A DNA stretch of 64,000 nt from an uncultured Gammaproteobacteria bacterium (GTDB lineage: Bacteria; Patescibacteriota; Microgenomatia; Levybacterales; UBA12049). Made by a program: the position numbers and the translations under genes. The stretch is taken from assembly GCA_964497535.1 (NCBI GenBank), contig CAZCCG010000001.1, positions 2,688-66,687 of the forward strand, written 5' to 3'. Of the stretch, positions 18,324 to 28,586 are shown in pieces (the stretch's first letter is position 1; each line of letters begins with the position of its first letter). Below the pieces are notes generated by a model. It saw nothing but the letters and a program-made list of their open reading frames with translations, was not told the DNA's origin and did not search any database.

Positions 18324-19254
18324 AAAATCAGCCTCTTACGAGTATAGTAATTCCATGCCTAAACCAGCATTTGGATTAAATATTCATCTTGGCGGAATAC
18401 GATGGTTTGGGTTGGATGAAAAAGAGACAATTAAAAAATTGTTTTCTCTCCCTATTACCCGTGTCCGTATCCCTATTCCGTTTAATGAAGTAAACCCACA
18501 GAAAAATACCTGGGATTTTAGCAAACGGGACTTTTTGATTGAAGAAGCGGTTAAGCATAATTTAACCATTGATCTACAAATGGGGATTAAAACAATTGGC
18601 TGGCCAGAGGTGAATGCTCCCAATTGGTTAGCCACACAATTTCCCTATCTCAATACAAAAGGCATACAGATTGATAAAGATCCAGAGCTACAACAGTATA
18701 TTCTTACCTATCTTCAAAAGACTTCAGAACGGTATTTAAAAAACAAAGCAATAAAAACAATACAAGTAGAAAATGAACCGTTTTCCAAGCATTTGTCAGT
18801 TACAAACTATCGATATATTTCCAAGTATTTTAATGCACAAGAAATAGCTCTGGTTAAAAAACTGGATCCCTATCATCGACCATTTGTTCAAAATATCCCC
18901 TTTGATACCCCACTTGCTATACCCTCGGTGGTTAAAACTGCCGATATCATAGGTCTTAATATCTACAATCAGTACTATCTACCCCTCCCGGAAATACTGT
19001 ATTGGATGTCACTCCAAGCATGTACTGCTATTGTCAAAATGCTCGGCAAACACGTTTTTGTTACGGAATACCAATCAGCTGCATGGCTTGATGACAACAC
19101 ACCAGCTATTCCCTTTTCAACTAAGAAATTTGAACAAGGCCTTATTCACATAGCACAGTTCAAACCACAAGCAATATTTCTGTGGGATGTTGAACAGGTC
19201 CTAGCTCGTGGGACAGAGGAACACAGAGCAATCCTGGAAGACCTCCCTGTCTAA
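18208..19254 (+). CDS. glycoside hydrolase, clan GH-A TIM-barrel (GH5-like)
   Basis: QVENEP (acid/base NEP) and FVTEY (nucleophile TE) motifs in register for clan A. Start uncertain; candidate ATGs at 18286 and 18355. Confidence 0.6.
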   Translation: MPKIIRPDIPKHRHQNTLLLFQNHGSPSNMDMWERHLIEKSASYEYSNSMPKPAFGLNIHLGGIRWFGLDEKETIKKLFSLPITRVRIPIPFNEVNPQKNTWDFSKRDFLIEEAVKHNLTIDLQMGIKTIGWPEVNAPNWLATQFPYLNTKGIQIDKDPELQQYILTYLQKTSERYLKNKAIKTIQVENEPFSKHLSVTNYRYISKYFNAQEIALVKKLDPYHRPFVQNIPFDTPLAIPSVVKTADIIGLNIYNQYYLPLPEILYWMSLQACTAIVKMLGKHVFVTEYQSAAWLDDNTPAIPFSTKKFEQGLIHIAQFKPQAIFLWDVEQVLARGTEEHRAILEDLPV

Positions 19255-20087
19255 TGTTGACTCACCTATTAAATCATGACACACTACAAATGGTGAAAAA
19301 ACTTCCTAAAACTCTCACAACAGTCACCCGATTCTCCAAAACCCTTGCTTTCATTCTCTTTTTCACATTCCCCCTTGCCGGATTCTTGCTCGGCATGCAG
19401 TACCAACAAGCAGTTACTATGCAAAGCATGTTATCTGAACCGCAAAATAGCAAACGCATCCCTACCCCAAAAAATAATCCTGCAAATTGGAGAACATTTA
19501 TCAATAAAAAAATAGGATTCAGCTTTTCATATCCAGATAAATATAAATACTTACAAGAATATTTTGATAACTTTAAGTTGTCAAAATCAGGTTCTATAGC
19601 AGTACAAGATTATGATGGGTACAAACCTGTTCCGGATTCTTTTTTCCAGTTCTATATTAATATCTACGAAAATCCTAATCTATCCTTAGATCAATATGTG
19701 AATAATCTGAGAACTACCATAAAAGGACTCTCACCAAACCATACACTCGCTGAAACATCATCTGAAGTGATCAATGGAGTTACGGCAATACGAGGGCAGG
19801 AAATGGTTCATTATCAGCTTGTACCAGCTGTTTGGTTTAAATATAAAACATACTTATTTACTGTACAAATGTCTACTTCCGATCCAAATAATATAAAGAT
19901 ATTTAACCAAATTCTTTCAACTTTCAAATTCGCCGATCAACCCCAATCAAATACAATTTATTCTTGTCCAAAGACAGCTTATGTAAATTGTATGCCGGGA
20001 CCAGGAGTACAAAAACCAGAATGTTCCGGGGATTATTTGAAGTGGGCCAAGACCAACTGTCCTGGCTTCCAGGGCGGAGCCCTCTAA
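19254..20087 (+). CDS. secreted/TM-anchored hypothetical protein with Cys-rich C-terminus
   Basis: Start overlaps the glycosidase stop (taATG). N-terminal TM helix. Confidence 0.5.
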   Translation: MLTHLLNHDTLQMVKKLPKTLTTVTRFSKTLAFILFFTFPLAGFLLGMQYQQAVTMQSMLSEPQNSKRIPTPKNNPANWRTFINKKIGFSFSYPDKYKYLQEYFDNFKLSKSGSIAVQDYDGYKPVPDSFFQFYINIYENPNLSLDQYVNNLRTTIKGLSPNHTLAETSSEVINGVTAIRGQEMVHYQLVPAVWFKYKTYLFTVQMSTSDPNNIKIFNQILSTFKFADQPQSNTIYSCPKTAYVNCMPGPGVQKPECSGDYLKWAKTNCPGFQGGAL

Positions 20088-20121
20088 CTTATACAAAATA
20101 CCATATACTGTATACCATATA

Positions 20122-21945
20122 CTATTTCTTTCCCTGATCTTTATACATTGCGCTCAGTTCTTTTACTGTTGTTATATCTTCTGCTTTTTTATCATCTCGA
20201 AACTTCACAAGTCGTGGAAATCTAAGGGCATACCCTACTCCTTTTGCTCCATCTATAAGCTCCATACCTGCTGTGTGAATAGGACTTCTGGTTATTTCAT
20301 CAGCCAGTACCTCAATGACGATTTGGGGACGGATCCAGACAGAAGGAGTAATGAATGAATTTACCCGTGCTGGTTTGTGATCCACTTTTATCTTATCGGC
20401 ACGTCTGTGGATTTCAGTCCATTCTTCATCGGTAAGCCCCGTACCGATACGAGTTACTGTTACAAACTCATCTTTCTTGTCATCATAGACTCCGACAAGC
20501 AGTGATCCGGCACCAAATGATGTGCGCTTCCCCTTTCCATAGATGTATCCTAGAATCACAACGTCGATGGTGTCATGCAGTTCCCCGGCACTATGGCGCT
20601 TGAGTTTTACCCAATTAAAATTTCTTCCTCCTGCTACGTATCCAGAATCAGGCCGCTTCACTACAACCCCTTCAAGACCTTTGGAGATAGAATCATCAAG
20701 CATCAACTGTAATTCTTCAGGTTTATGTAATATTTTCCCCGGTGCCGGGATTAGCGTGTCATCACCCTGAATTGATTCCTTAAGCAATTTCATACGCTGA
20801 GTCAGGGGTGTATCAAGGAGAGATTTCCCATCAACATACAGAATGTCAAAGACAAACGCTTTGAGGGGAAGTTGTTTTGCTGTTTCTTCAATGTTGTGTT
20901 TGCGGCGTCTTTTGGTTGTTTCCTGAAACGGTAAAAATTCTTCTGATTCAGCATTGTAAGCTAATGCTTCTGAATCAAGTATTACCGTTTTTGCTTTTAC
21001 TTGTTTGAGTGTTCCTTCGATGAGTTCCGGGAACATATGGGTCATTGTTTCTAAGTTTCTGGAATACATCTCAACCTTAGTACCATTCTTGTGTATTTGC
21101 ACTCTGAACCCATCGTATTTTGGAGTTGCATGAACTCCCTGTCCAACTTGCCCTGAGCCTGCCGAAGGAGCTTGCCCTGAGCCTGCCGAAGGAGCTTGCC
21201 CTGAGCCTGCCGAAGGGTCCATCTTCTCAAATACTTTGGTGGGATTTGGGAGCCGTTCACAGAGTTCTGATCGAATGGGACGGCCAACCGTTACTTTTAA
21301 CTTCTCCACTGCCTTGAGACCATCTTCACAAAGCGTCTTACCAATAAGCCCCAGATCTGATGTTTCATTGTATGCTTTTTCAAGCAGTTTACGATTACTC
21401 TTATCTCCCAATATTGCCGTAGCCAACCCATCCAACACGGTCGGGTCTCCAATCCCAAGCCGATTGTTTCCAAGCGGTATCCGAACCAGATGTTTTGCAG
21501 CTACAGCATCCATATGCTCCAGAAGTTGCCTGAGTGCGGTTATTTTTTTCTCAACAGACCCTGCACCACCAAACTGCGCAATCTTGGTCAGCTCGTTAAA
21601 CACAGTTGTTACTGACAGTTCTTCTTTTTTTCCTTTGTGTCGTTTATGTTGTGCTAATTCAAAAGCAACAAGACCCAAATCTCCTTTTTTGTTGTAATCT
21701 GTAAGTACTTCATCTTTGGAAAGTCCAAACGCTTCTCCAATACTTTGTGCAACCATCTTGTCAGCCATGCCAATCTCAACCGGTGAGAAAAATGGCCCTA
21801 CTCTGCCTTGTGTGAGATAAATAATTTTATCAATCTCCTCTTTTTGAGCAGCTTTAAATAGATCAGACAAAATCTCGATGAGCTTCAACCGGGATGGCGT
21901 CTGCTCAAGTTTTTCAAAATATTCACTGAGAGTAGTAAATTTCAT
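20122..21945 (-). CDS. lig: ATP-dependent DNA ligase
   Basis: KYDGFRVQIH adenylation motif I (KxDG) and an OB-fold-like C-terminal domain. Confidence 0.85.
   Translation of the reverse strand: MKFTTLSEYFEKLEQTPSRLKLIEILSDLFKAAQKEEIDKIIYLTQGRVGPFFSPVEIGMADKMVAQSIGEAFGLSKDEVLTDYNKKGDLGLVAFELAQHKRHKGKKEELSVTTVFNELTKIAQFGGAGSVEKKITALRQLLEHMDAVAAKHLVRIPLGNNRLGIGDPTVLDGLATAILGDKSNRKLLEKAYNETSDLGLIGKTLCEDGLKAVEKLKVTVGRPIRSELCERLPNPTKVFEKMDPSAGSGQAPSAGSGQAPSAGSGQVGQGVHATPKYDGFRVQIHKNGTKVEMYSRNLETMTHMFPELIEGTLKQVKAKTVILDSEALAYNAESEEFLPFQETTKRRRKHNIEETAKQLPLKAFVFDILYVDGKSLLDTPLTQRMKLLKESIQGDDTLIPAPGKILHKPEELQLMLDDSISKGLEGVVVKRPDSGYVAGGRNFNWVKLKRHSAGELHDTIDVVILGYIYGKGKRTSFGAGSLLVGVYDDKKDEFVTVTRIGTGLTDEEWTEIHRRADKIKVDHKPARVNSFITPSVWIRPQIVIEVLADEITRSPIHTAGMELIDGAKGVGYALRFPRLVKFRDDKKAEDITTVKELSAMYKDQGKK
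21148..21219. repeat. in-frame 24-bp tandem repeat x3 inside the ligase gene (encodes PSAGSGQA x3)
   Basis: cttgccctgagcctgccgaaggag repeated three times. Confidence 0.85.
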
Positions 21946-21948
21946 AGA

Positions 21949-22530
21949 TTATTTTTTTGCAATAATAATAGTATCTTCTGCAAGATAAGGGGCAACCTGA
22001 GCTTGTTTTGGATAGACGAGTTCCTGCTCGATTGAGACTCTTCCGGGAATAAGCTGTTTGATAAAATCCGAAGCATTGGAACTATTGGTAGTAATAAAAA
22101 AGATTCCTCCAATCTTTAGCTGGGCAAAACATTTACGTAACGTCATCGGCCACATATTTGGTTCATTTTCAGCCTCAAAGTGCCGTAAGACTATGATGTC
22201 ATAATCACGCTCCGGAAGCATATTTTGATATACCAAATCGCCGATGCGATACGTCATGTCTACGACACTTCCATCCAGTACTTTTTGGGTAACTTCCTTG
22301 TCTTCCGGCCGAAGAAATACTCCCACAAAGCGAGGATGGACCCCGCGAGAAGAGAAATACTGCTGAAACGGCCAGATTTCAATCCCCGGTCCGTTACTGA
22401 TAACGGCGATATCTACTTCTTTTTGATCAGGAGAAAGATACCGGACAATTCCTGAGGCGCTGAGGATGCTTTGAAATGATTGCTCTGCACGCTCCCATAC
22501 AGACGGCTGTGGATTTTTTTGGTTATCCAT
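21949..22530 (-). CDS. hypothetical protein, possibly a Rossmann-fold methyltransferase
   Basis: DYDIIVLRHF...LKIGGIFF resembles SAM-MTase motifs. Lies between fic and lig. Confidence 0.4.
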   Translation of the reverse strand: MDNQKNPQPSVWERAEQSFQSILSASGIVRYLSPDQKEVDIAVISNGPGIEIWPFQQYFSSRGVHPRFVGVFLRPEDKEVTQKVLDGSVVDMTYRIGDLVYQNMLPERDYDIIVLRHFEAENEPNMWPMTLRKCFAQLKIGGIFFITTNSSNASDFIKQLIPGRVSIEQELVYPKQAQVAPYLAEDTIIIAKK

Positions 22531-22531
22531 A

Positions 22532-23581
22532 TTAGTTCATGATATATCTGGCGCCTTTCGTACTTCCATGCTTTTTGATTATACCACTCATAACCAGACC
22601 TTTTATCTCATTTAATACTGTATCTTCAGATACCATGGGAAAGAGCGTTTTAAACCCCTGGTTTTGTAAATATCCTGTTTTTTGAATATACTCAATAATG
22701 GTCAATTGCCGCTGTGTGAGCATTACCGGTTTGCCGCCAAGCTTTTCCCGCATTTTTGCGTCTACTGAAATCGTTTCTACCTTCTCTTTGATTTTTGACA
22801 GTTCAATACTCAATCCTTGCGTAAAATACTCAAGCCAAACAGTCAGATCACCATTCGTACGGCCCACCGATTGCAAAGCTTCGTAGTACTGATTCGCATC
22901 ATTATCAAAATATTCTTCTAAAGAGAAGAATTTCCGAATATCATACCCTTGCGTAAAAAGAATGAATGTCGATAACGCCCTTCCAACTCTCCCGTTACCT
23001 TCAACAAAGGGATGGATTCGTACAAATTCATAATGTACTGCCCCACTTCGAAGTACCGGATGGATATCTCCTGAGTCAGGACTATTAATAAACTCAATCA
23101 AAGCATCAATAGTTGGTTCTACTTCAGAGGGTGGTGGTGGACGAAACGTTACTTCTCCGGTAATGCTGCTTTTAATAACAACTGATGTCTTTCGATATAC
23201 TCCCTGCAGCTCATCCGGAATAATCCGATCGAGTGTTAGTTTGTGGAGGTAAAGGATCAACTCTGTGTTCAGTTTCGCTGAATTAGACTGATGAGCTTGA
23301 CCAATATACTCTATGACTTTTCTGTAATTGATGACTTCCTGGATGTCCCGCTGTCTGGCAACTACTTCTTGACCAAGCATTACTTTCTCAGCTTGTGTAA
23401 GGTTGAGAGCATTTCCTTCAATATGAGTACCATGGTATGCAGTACGTACCAATGCATCCTTTTGAAACTCTTTCTCATAGTATGGCAAGAGAGGCGCATG
23501 GTCAATCACTTCTCTGCATGCTTCAATCAGTCCGATGTTTTTGAGAATTGCGTTGGTAATACGAAAGTGAGGAGTATACAT
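22532..23581 (-). CDS. Fic/Doc-family protein (AMPylator-type)
   Basis: HPFVEGNGRVGRAL canonical Fic motif, plus a C-terminal wHTH-like segment. Confidence 0.85.
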   Translation of the reverse strand: MYTPHFRITNAILKNIGLIEACREVIDHAPLLPYYEKEFQKDALVRTAYHGTHIEGNALNLTQAEKVMLGQEVVARQRDIQEVINYRKVIEYIGQAHQSNSAKLNTELILYLHKLTLDRIIPDELQGVYRKTSVVIKSSITGEVTFRPPPPSEVEPTIDALIEFINSPDSGDIHPVLRSGAVHYEFVRIHPFVEGNGRVGRALSTFILFTQGYDIRKFFSLEEYFDNDANQYYEALQSVGRTNGDLTVWLEYFTQGLSIELSKIKEKVETISVDAKMREKLGGKPVMLTQRQLTIIEYIQKTGYLQNQGFKTLFPMVSEDTVLNEIKGLVMSGIIKKHGSTKGARYIMN

Positions 23582-23696
23582 TTGTATGAATCATGAAATA
23601 ACCTTTATTCATAATTCGTTATTCCTAATTCGGATTTAATTACCGCATATTTCCCGAATAAAGTCAACAGGAGAGGTAGTATGATATACTATTCCT

Positions 23697-23963
23697 ATGG
23701 CTGAACAAACACAGAAAGAAAAAAAGCAGCTCCATATTGAGGTAGTGCGCCAAATGATTACGCTCTCAACCGCGGGATTTGGCCTCGTAGCAGCCCTGGC
23801 GTGGAATAGCTTTATCCAAGAGTTCGTAAATAGTTATATTAAAAAATGGCTTCCGGGAGGAGGACTCATTTCCCTGCTCATCTATGCTATTATCATTACA
23901 GCCTTGGCAGTCTTTGTAACGCTCCAGCTCACGCATCTCCTAGACAGATTATCAAAGAAGTAA
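23697..23963 (+). CDS. small two-TM protein, hypothetical
   Basis: 88-aa ORF with two hydrophobic helices and a K-rich N-terminus. Confidence 0.4.
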   Translation: MAEQTQKEKKQLHIEVVRQMITLSTAGFGLVAALAWNSFIQEFVNSYIKKWLPGGGLISLLIYAIIITALAVFVTLQLTHLLDRLSKK

Positions 23964-24012
23964 TCGGCTCTCCTCAATATAATATTTATAACTTTTATAA
24001 CAATTATAAATT

Positions 24013-24687
24013 TTATAGCTCTCTTTTCTTCCAATACCGTATTCCCCACCAAATTATGATTCCGATTATCACGACAATTGTAAAGTATTTGACAAAGAAT
24101 TCCACAAGGATCACCCCAACTATATATGCCAGAGTTCCCCATATCAAACTCCAGAGAAGCTGAGACAGGAAGCTAATCAAAAGAAACTCAGGGAATGGTA
24201 TTTTGATAATCCCGGCAGCAGTTGAGAGAAATGACGCGCTTGCCGGGTGCAAATAGCCTAAAAACAGTGTTTTTTTTCTGTGGTGTCTCAACTTGTGCTC
24301 TGCTGATACAATCCCCTTCTCAAGTCCAAATCGTGCCAATAGATGATATAACCCAAAGCGTCCTAAGAAATAATTAATACATTGGGCACTGACAAATCCT
24401 ATTGTTGCCAGAATAATAACTAAGGGAAACTGAAGGGTTCCGGTTTTTGAAAGAGCAGCCCCCAACAAAATTGCTGTGGAACCGGGAACATATAATCCAA
24501 TAGGAAATGACCCTTCAAGAAGTGCTGATATAAATACGACTGGATAGCCATAGTGACGATAAAAGTCTTGTAACCAAAGGAGAATTCCGTCAGCATTGGG
24601 GATTTTGTCTCTGAACAAAAGAAAAAGAATACCATAGAAGAAAGTAAGAATAAGAATGGGGAGAAACTGTTTGAGGTGCTGCATCAC
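24013..24687 (-). CDS. DedA-family membrane protein
   Basis: YPVVFISALLEGSFPIGLYVPG... DedA core. Confidence 0.7.
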   Translation of the reverse strand: MMQHLKQFLPILILTFFYGILFLLFRDKIPNADGILLWLQDFYRHYGYPVVFISALLEGSFPIGLYVPGSTAILLGAALSKTGTLQFPLVIILATIGFVSAQCINYFLGRFGLYHLLARFGLEKGIVSAEHKLRHHRKKTLFLGYLHPASASFLSTAAGIIKIPFPEFLLISFLSQLLWSLIWGTLAYIVGVILVEFFVKYFTIVVIIGIIIWWGIRYWKKREL

Positions 24688-25535
24688 GATTGTTGTAAAA
24701 GATCCTTCATGGTATGAGGTATCTCAAGTGCCAAATCAGAAGCATTGAAGTACAGACCCATGGTAGAAAAGAGTGCTTCTCCAGCCTTTTTATTGATATA
24801 ACTACCGGCCTGCGCTGCCAAAAACGGTTCATTCTTTGTCGCAAGTGCTGCGACAAGCCCTGCCAATACATCACCTGTACCGCCTTTCGTCATCCCGGCA
24901 TTTCCTCCCAAAACTTCTACTGTCTCACTCCCATTGGAAACACTATCCTTCTCCCCCTTCAGCAAAACAATACACTTATATTCCTCCGCAAAAATCTGTG
25001 TTTGTTCTTGCAATTGATCTGTTGTTTTAAGCTTTTCGCTTTTCACTTTTCGCTTTATTATTTCGAATTCTTTCGGATGCGGTGTCAGGATTGCATTTCG
25101 GGGAATATACTCAGGTTCTATTGTCTGCAAACTTCCCCCATCAATTACCCACTTTTTATGGGGATATTTTTTGAGCAACCGCTCTGTTAATTCTTTTGTA
25201 TCATCATCCCCTGTTTCTTGACCATCAGCTCGTGGCAACCCGGGCCCAATAAGGATTGCATCTGCTTCTTCCATATAATCATCTACTTTCCCTCGAGGAA
25301 CAATAATACCGTTTCTAAATTCTTCCTTGAGTTTTTCAACAATCTGATTGTTCTCGTCCACTGATGAATAAAACACCATATCAACAATTCGAGATGCGAT
25401 TTGAAGAGCCCAGAGAGATGCGGCATGAAACAAACGGGATCCCCCAATAATCATAAGTTTCCCATTCATCCCCTTGTGAGAATCCGGTGCTGGAATATAA
25501 AGATTATGTAATATTTCAGGATCGAATGATTTCAT
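24684..25535 (-). CDS. nnrD: ADP-dependent NAD(P)H-hydrate dehydratase (YjeF C-terminal domain)
   Basis: IGGSRLFHAASLWALQIASR...GGNAGMTKGGTGDVLAG signature. 4-bp overlap with recF and dedA. Confidence 0.8.
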   Translation of the reverse strand: MKSFDPEILHNLYIPAPDSHKGMNGKLMIIGGSRLFHAASLWALQIASRIVDMVFYSSVDENNQIVEKLKEEFRNGIIVPRGKVDDYMEEADAILIGPGLPRADGQETGDDDTKELTERLLKKYPHKKWVIDGGSLQTIEPEYIPRNAILTPHPKEFEIIKRKVKSEKLKTTDQLQEQTQIFAEEYKCIVLLKGEKDSVSNGSETVEVLGGNAGMTKGGTGDVLAGLVAALATKNEPFLAAQAGSYINKKAGEALFSTMGLYFNASDLALEIPHTMKDLLQQS

Positions 25536-26581
25536 ATAGATAATTCTATCATCTTTGGCTTCTTTTTGAGTTGCTCAGTCACAAACTCCTTGTGAGTTGT
25601 AGTGAGAATTGTCTGCTGTTTTCCAATCGTATCCAAAACAAGCTGTATATGTCCTGCATCCAGTTCTGAGAAGATATCATCTAGGAGAAGCAGTGGCCGT
25701 TGACCCAAGCGGTCTTCCATGAAAGAGAGTTGCAATACTTTCAACTGTAATATTACTAACCGTTGTTGTCCCCTGGAACCGAATGACTTGACTTCATTCT
25801 GGTCACTTTTATTCATAAAGAGAAAAAAGTCGTCTCGGTGTGGACCCACTAAGGTCACTCCGGCTCCCATCTCAGCATCTTTGTACTGCAGTAGCCGTTC
25901 TTTGGAAATGATACTGCTGTCATACTCCATATGGAAAGGGAAAATGTCTTTTGGCATTTGGTTGAGAAAAGAAATGAATTCTTCCCGCTTACTGCTCACT
26001 TTCTGCCCATTTTCAATAACCATCTGATCCCAATACTCAAAACGGCTTGGATCACGACGCCCCTCTTCACGTGCTTGTTCCAAAAGTGCATTTCTCTGTC
26101 TGATCCCTTTTTCATAATTGGAAAGTGCTAATCTATACTCATGGTCGACCTGCTCCAATACCTCATTGAGAAACCGCCGCCGTTGTCCTGGAGAGCCAAT
26201 AACAACATCCAGATCAAGAGGAGTAAATAACACAAGCGGTAGTTTCCCCATAAAATCTACTCTCCGTCTGGCAATCCCATTGATTAAAAATTTCTTGAGC
26301 ATACTATGATGAGCAGAAATCTCAGGCGTTGCAACTATGATTTCAAGTTCTGTATCTCCTACTGTTCCCTGAATACGAGCCAATGATGATCCCTGATGGA
26401 TTAAGTCTTTTTCTTTTTCCGAACGAAAACTTTTACCAACTGAGAGCATATAGATAGCCTCAACACAATTGGATTTCCCCGCGGTATTGGGACCAACGAT
26501 AACAGTCAGCTTTGGATCAAATTGGAATTGGCTTTGGGAGTAACTTCTGAAATTTTGAAGAGATATATGAGATAAAAGCAT
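25532..26581 (-). CDS. recF: DNA replication and repair protein RecF
   Basis: LQNFRSY...VIVGPNTAGKSNCVEAIYMLSVGKSFR Walker A / RecF N-terminus. Confidence 0.9.
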   Translation of the reverse strand: MLLSHISLQNFRSYSQSQFQFDPKLTVIVGPNTAGKSNCVEAIYMLSVGKSFRSEKEKDLIHQGSSLARIQGTVGDTELEIIVATPEISAHHSMLKKFLINGIARRRVDFMGKLPLVLFTPLDLDVVIGSPGQRRRFLNEVLEQVDHEYRLALSNYEKGIRQRNALLEQAREEGRRDPSRFEYWDQMVIENGQKVSSKREEFISFLNQMPKDIFPFHMEYDSSIISKERLLQYKDAEMGAGVTLVGPHRDDFFLFMNKSDQNEVKSFGSRGQQRLVILQLKVLQLSFMEDRLGQRPLLLLDDIFSELDAGHIQLVLDTIGKQQTILTTTHKEFVTEQLKKKPKMIELSI

Positions 26582-26592
26582 TGTTGTGCGGA

Positions 26593-27327
26593 CTAGTCTA
26601 TCACGGTTCCGACAAAATCATTGCCTTCCAGATAGTTATTGATGTTCTCAAAATCCTCACCGCTTAAGACCACAACTCGCGCATTCAGTTCTTGAGCTTT
26701 ATGTGCAGCAACGGGGTCAAACGGCGCATTGAGGCCTGGTGTCCATTCCTCAGGAATTAATTTTCTAAACTCTTCCCATTTAATATGATCAATTGGTTTT
26801 GCGTCAGGATTTATTTTGGGATCTGCATCATAGACTTGTTTGATATTACTTAAATTCAGGATTGTTTTTACATTGTAGTCTTCAGACAGAAGCATTGCGC
26901 AGTAATCAGTAGACCATCCCGGTTTCCAACCTGAAGCAACAACAACTGGTTCTGTGGCTTTTCGAATGATTTCATAGTGTTCAATAATATGAGGATGGGC
27001 AATATCACGAAAGATAGTTCTCATGAGGTGTCCATTGAGACGGCTGGAGTGAATACCCAGCCAATCCAAATCATCACGGGTTAACTCTCCAATAACTGCT
27101 GACCCTGCTTCAATATAATGTCTGGCTGTTGCTCCTCCCCCTGTAACTAAAAAAAACTGGCGATTGCGGTTTTCTGCCAGTTTTCTGCGGATAAATTCAT
27201 TGAGTTTTTTGAGAAACTCTATATTAATTCCTCCATTGGGGACAATAAGTGACCCCCCAACGGAAATGATAATTCTATCTTCATACATGCTCCCCATACT
27301 TAAAAGTCTTAAAGGATATGGTACCAC
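26593..27327 (-). CDS. pyrH: uridylate (UMP) kinase, archaeal-like amino-acid-kinase fold
   Basis: IIISVGGSLIV...FLVTGGGATAR motifs. Confidence 0.65.
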   Translation of the reverse strand: MVPYPLRLLSMGSMYEDRIIISVGGSLIVPNGGINIEFLKKLNEFIRRKLAENRNRQFFLVTGGGATARHYIEAGSAVIGELTRDDLDWLGIHSSRLNGHLMRTIFRDIAHPHIIEHYEIIRKATEPVVVASGWKPGWSTDYCAMLLSEDYNVKTILNLSNIKQVYDADPKINPDAKPIDHIKWEEFRKLIPEEWTPGLNAPFDPVAAHKAQELNARVVVLSGEDFENINNYLEGNDFVGTVID

Positions 27328-27389
27328 GAATTAGATAAAAAAACAACCTAAATCCGCAAATATCTGCTATTAATCAGTGTAAATCTACA

Positions 27390-28280
27390 TTACTTCTGGC
27401 ACGCAAGACATACATACGTACCCCGGCCGGCAAGCATATACTTCTCAAGCAGAGTTCCACAAACTTTACATGGTTGTCCTTGCCGTCCGTATACCAAGAA
27501 ATGTTTTTGGTAGCTTCCTTCCTGCCCCAATGCATTTATATAACTGAGTTCACTTGCTCCTCCATATTTTAACCCTTTGCGTAATACTTCAAGAAGCGAC
27601 TCATACAGAATTTTTACTTCATTTTCTGTGAGTGAATTCGCCGGCCGTTTAGGATCAATTTTGGCAAGAAATAATCCGTCATTGGCATAGATATTGCCAA
27701 TTCCTCCAATCTTTTTCTGATCCATCAGAAGCACCTTGATAGCTGTTTTTGATTTAGAAAGTATTTCCTCAAATTTCTCAAGCGTTATTGTCCCCTTTTT
27801 ATCGGATGGATCCATTGGCAACTCCGGTCCCAGTTCTTTGAAAAAGACTAACTTTTGTAATTCACCAGGTGGCACGATTTTAATCCATCCAAATTGTCGA
27901 AAGTCATTGTAATACAAATAAGCTGCTTTACCTTTTTCGCTTTCAGCTTTTAGCTTGAATATCACATGAGTCCATTTGTTGGGTAACGTACTGTAGGTGC
28001 CTTTGATAACTTTTATTTCTTTCGGGGGATGATTACTTTCATCCATATAGACAAGCTGGCCAGTAAGCTTAATGTGAATTGCAATTGAGTATCCGTTATC
28101 CAGCTCAATCACCAATCCCTTTCCAAATCGTTCTACTTTAGTGACTTTTGCACCAATAATATGCTCTATCTCTCCCTGGACAATTTTTTCCAAACGGACT
28201 TCAACATCCTCAATCGTATGTCCCACAAGATATTTCTGTAGTCCCAATCTAATAGTTTCCACCTCAGGTAATTCTGGCAT
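27390..28280 (-). CDS. fpg: formamidopyrimidine-DNA glycosylase
   Basis: N-terminal MPELPEVE, C-terminal zinc finger CKVCGT...CLACQ. The track start at 28370 is too far upstream. Confidence 0.85.
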   Translation of the reverse strand: MPELPEVETIRLGLQKYLVGHTIEDVEVRLEKIVQGEIEHIIGAKVTKVERFGKGLVIELDNGYSIAIHIKLTGQLVYMDESNHPPKEIKVIKGTYSTLPNKWTHVIFKLKAESEKGKAAYLYYNDFRQFGWIKIVPPGELQKLVFFKELGPELPMDPSDKKGTITLEKFEEILSKSKTAIKVLLMDQKKIGGIGNIYANDGLFLAKIDPKRPANSLTENEVKILYESLLEVLRKGLKYGGASELSYINALGQEGSYQKHFLVYGRQGQPCKVCGTLLEKYMLAGRGTYVCLACQK

Positions 28281-28399
28281 ATTGCATATTGTAACACAGG
28301 TTATTGAATATAAAATAACGCTCTGGTATAGTGACTGCGCGCACTCAAATTGTTGAGAGGTGCAGCACATTAACTAGTGGTTGTGGAGAAAGTATAAAG

Positions 28400-28579
28400 A
28401 TGTTTGAAGAACTCGTAGGATTTCTGACTACGCGACCGATTGCTGCAGGTGCTTTAGTAACGGCAGGATTTGCCTATGTTTCCTGTGTCCTCGGCCAGAT
28501 AAAATTCTCTCGATATTGCCTGGGAATAGGATGTACACTTCTTTTGATTGAAGTGATACGCATGCGCTTGACATCCTAA
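28400..28579 (+). CDS. small membrane protein, hypothetical
   Basis: Starts MFEELVGFL, one to two TM helices. In a higher-GC block. Confidence 0.3.
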   Translation: MFEELVGFLTTRPIAAGALVTAGFAYVSCVLGQIKFSRYCLGIGCTLLLIEVIRMRLTS

Positions 28580-28586
28580 TAAGGAG

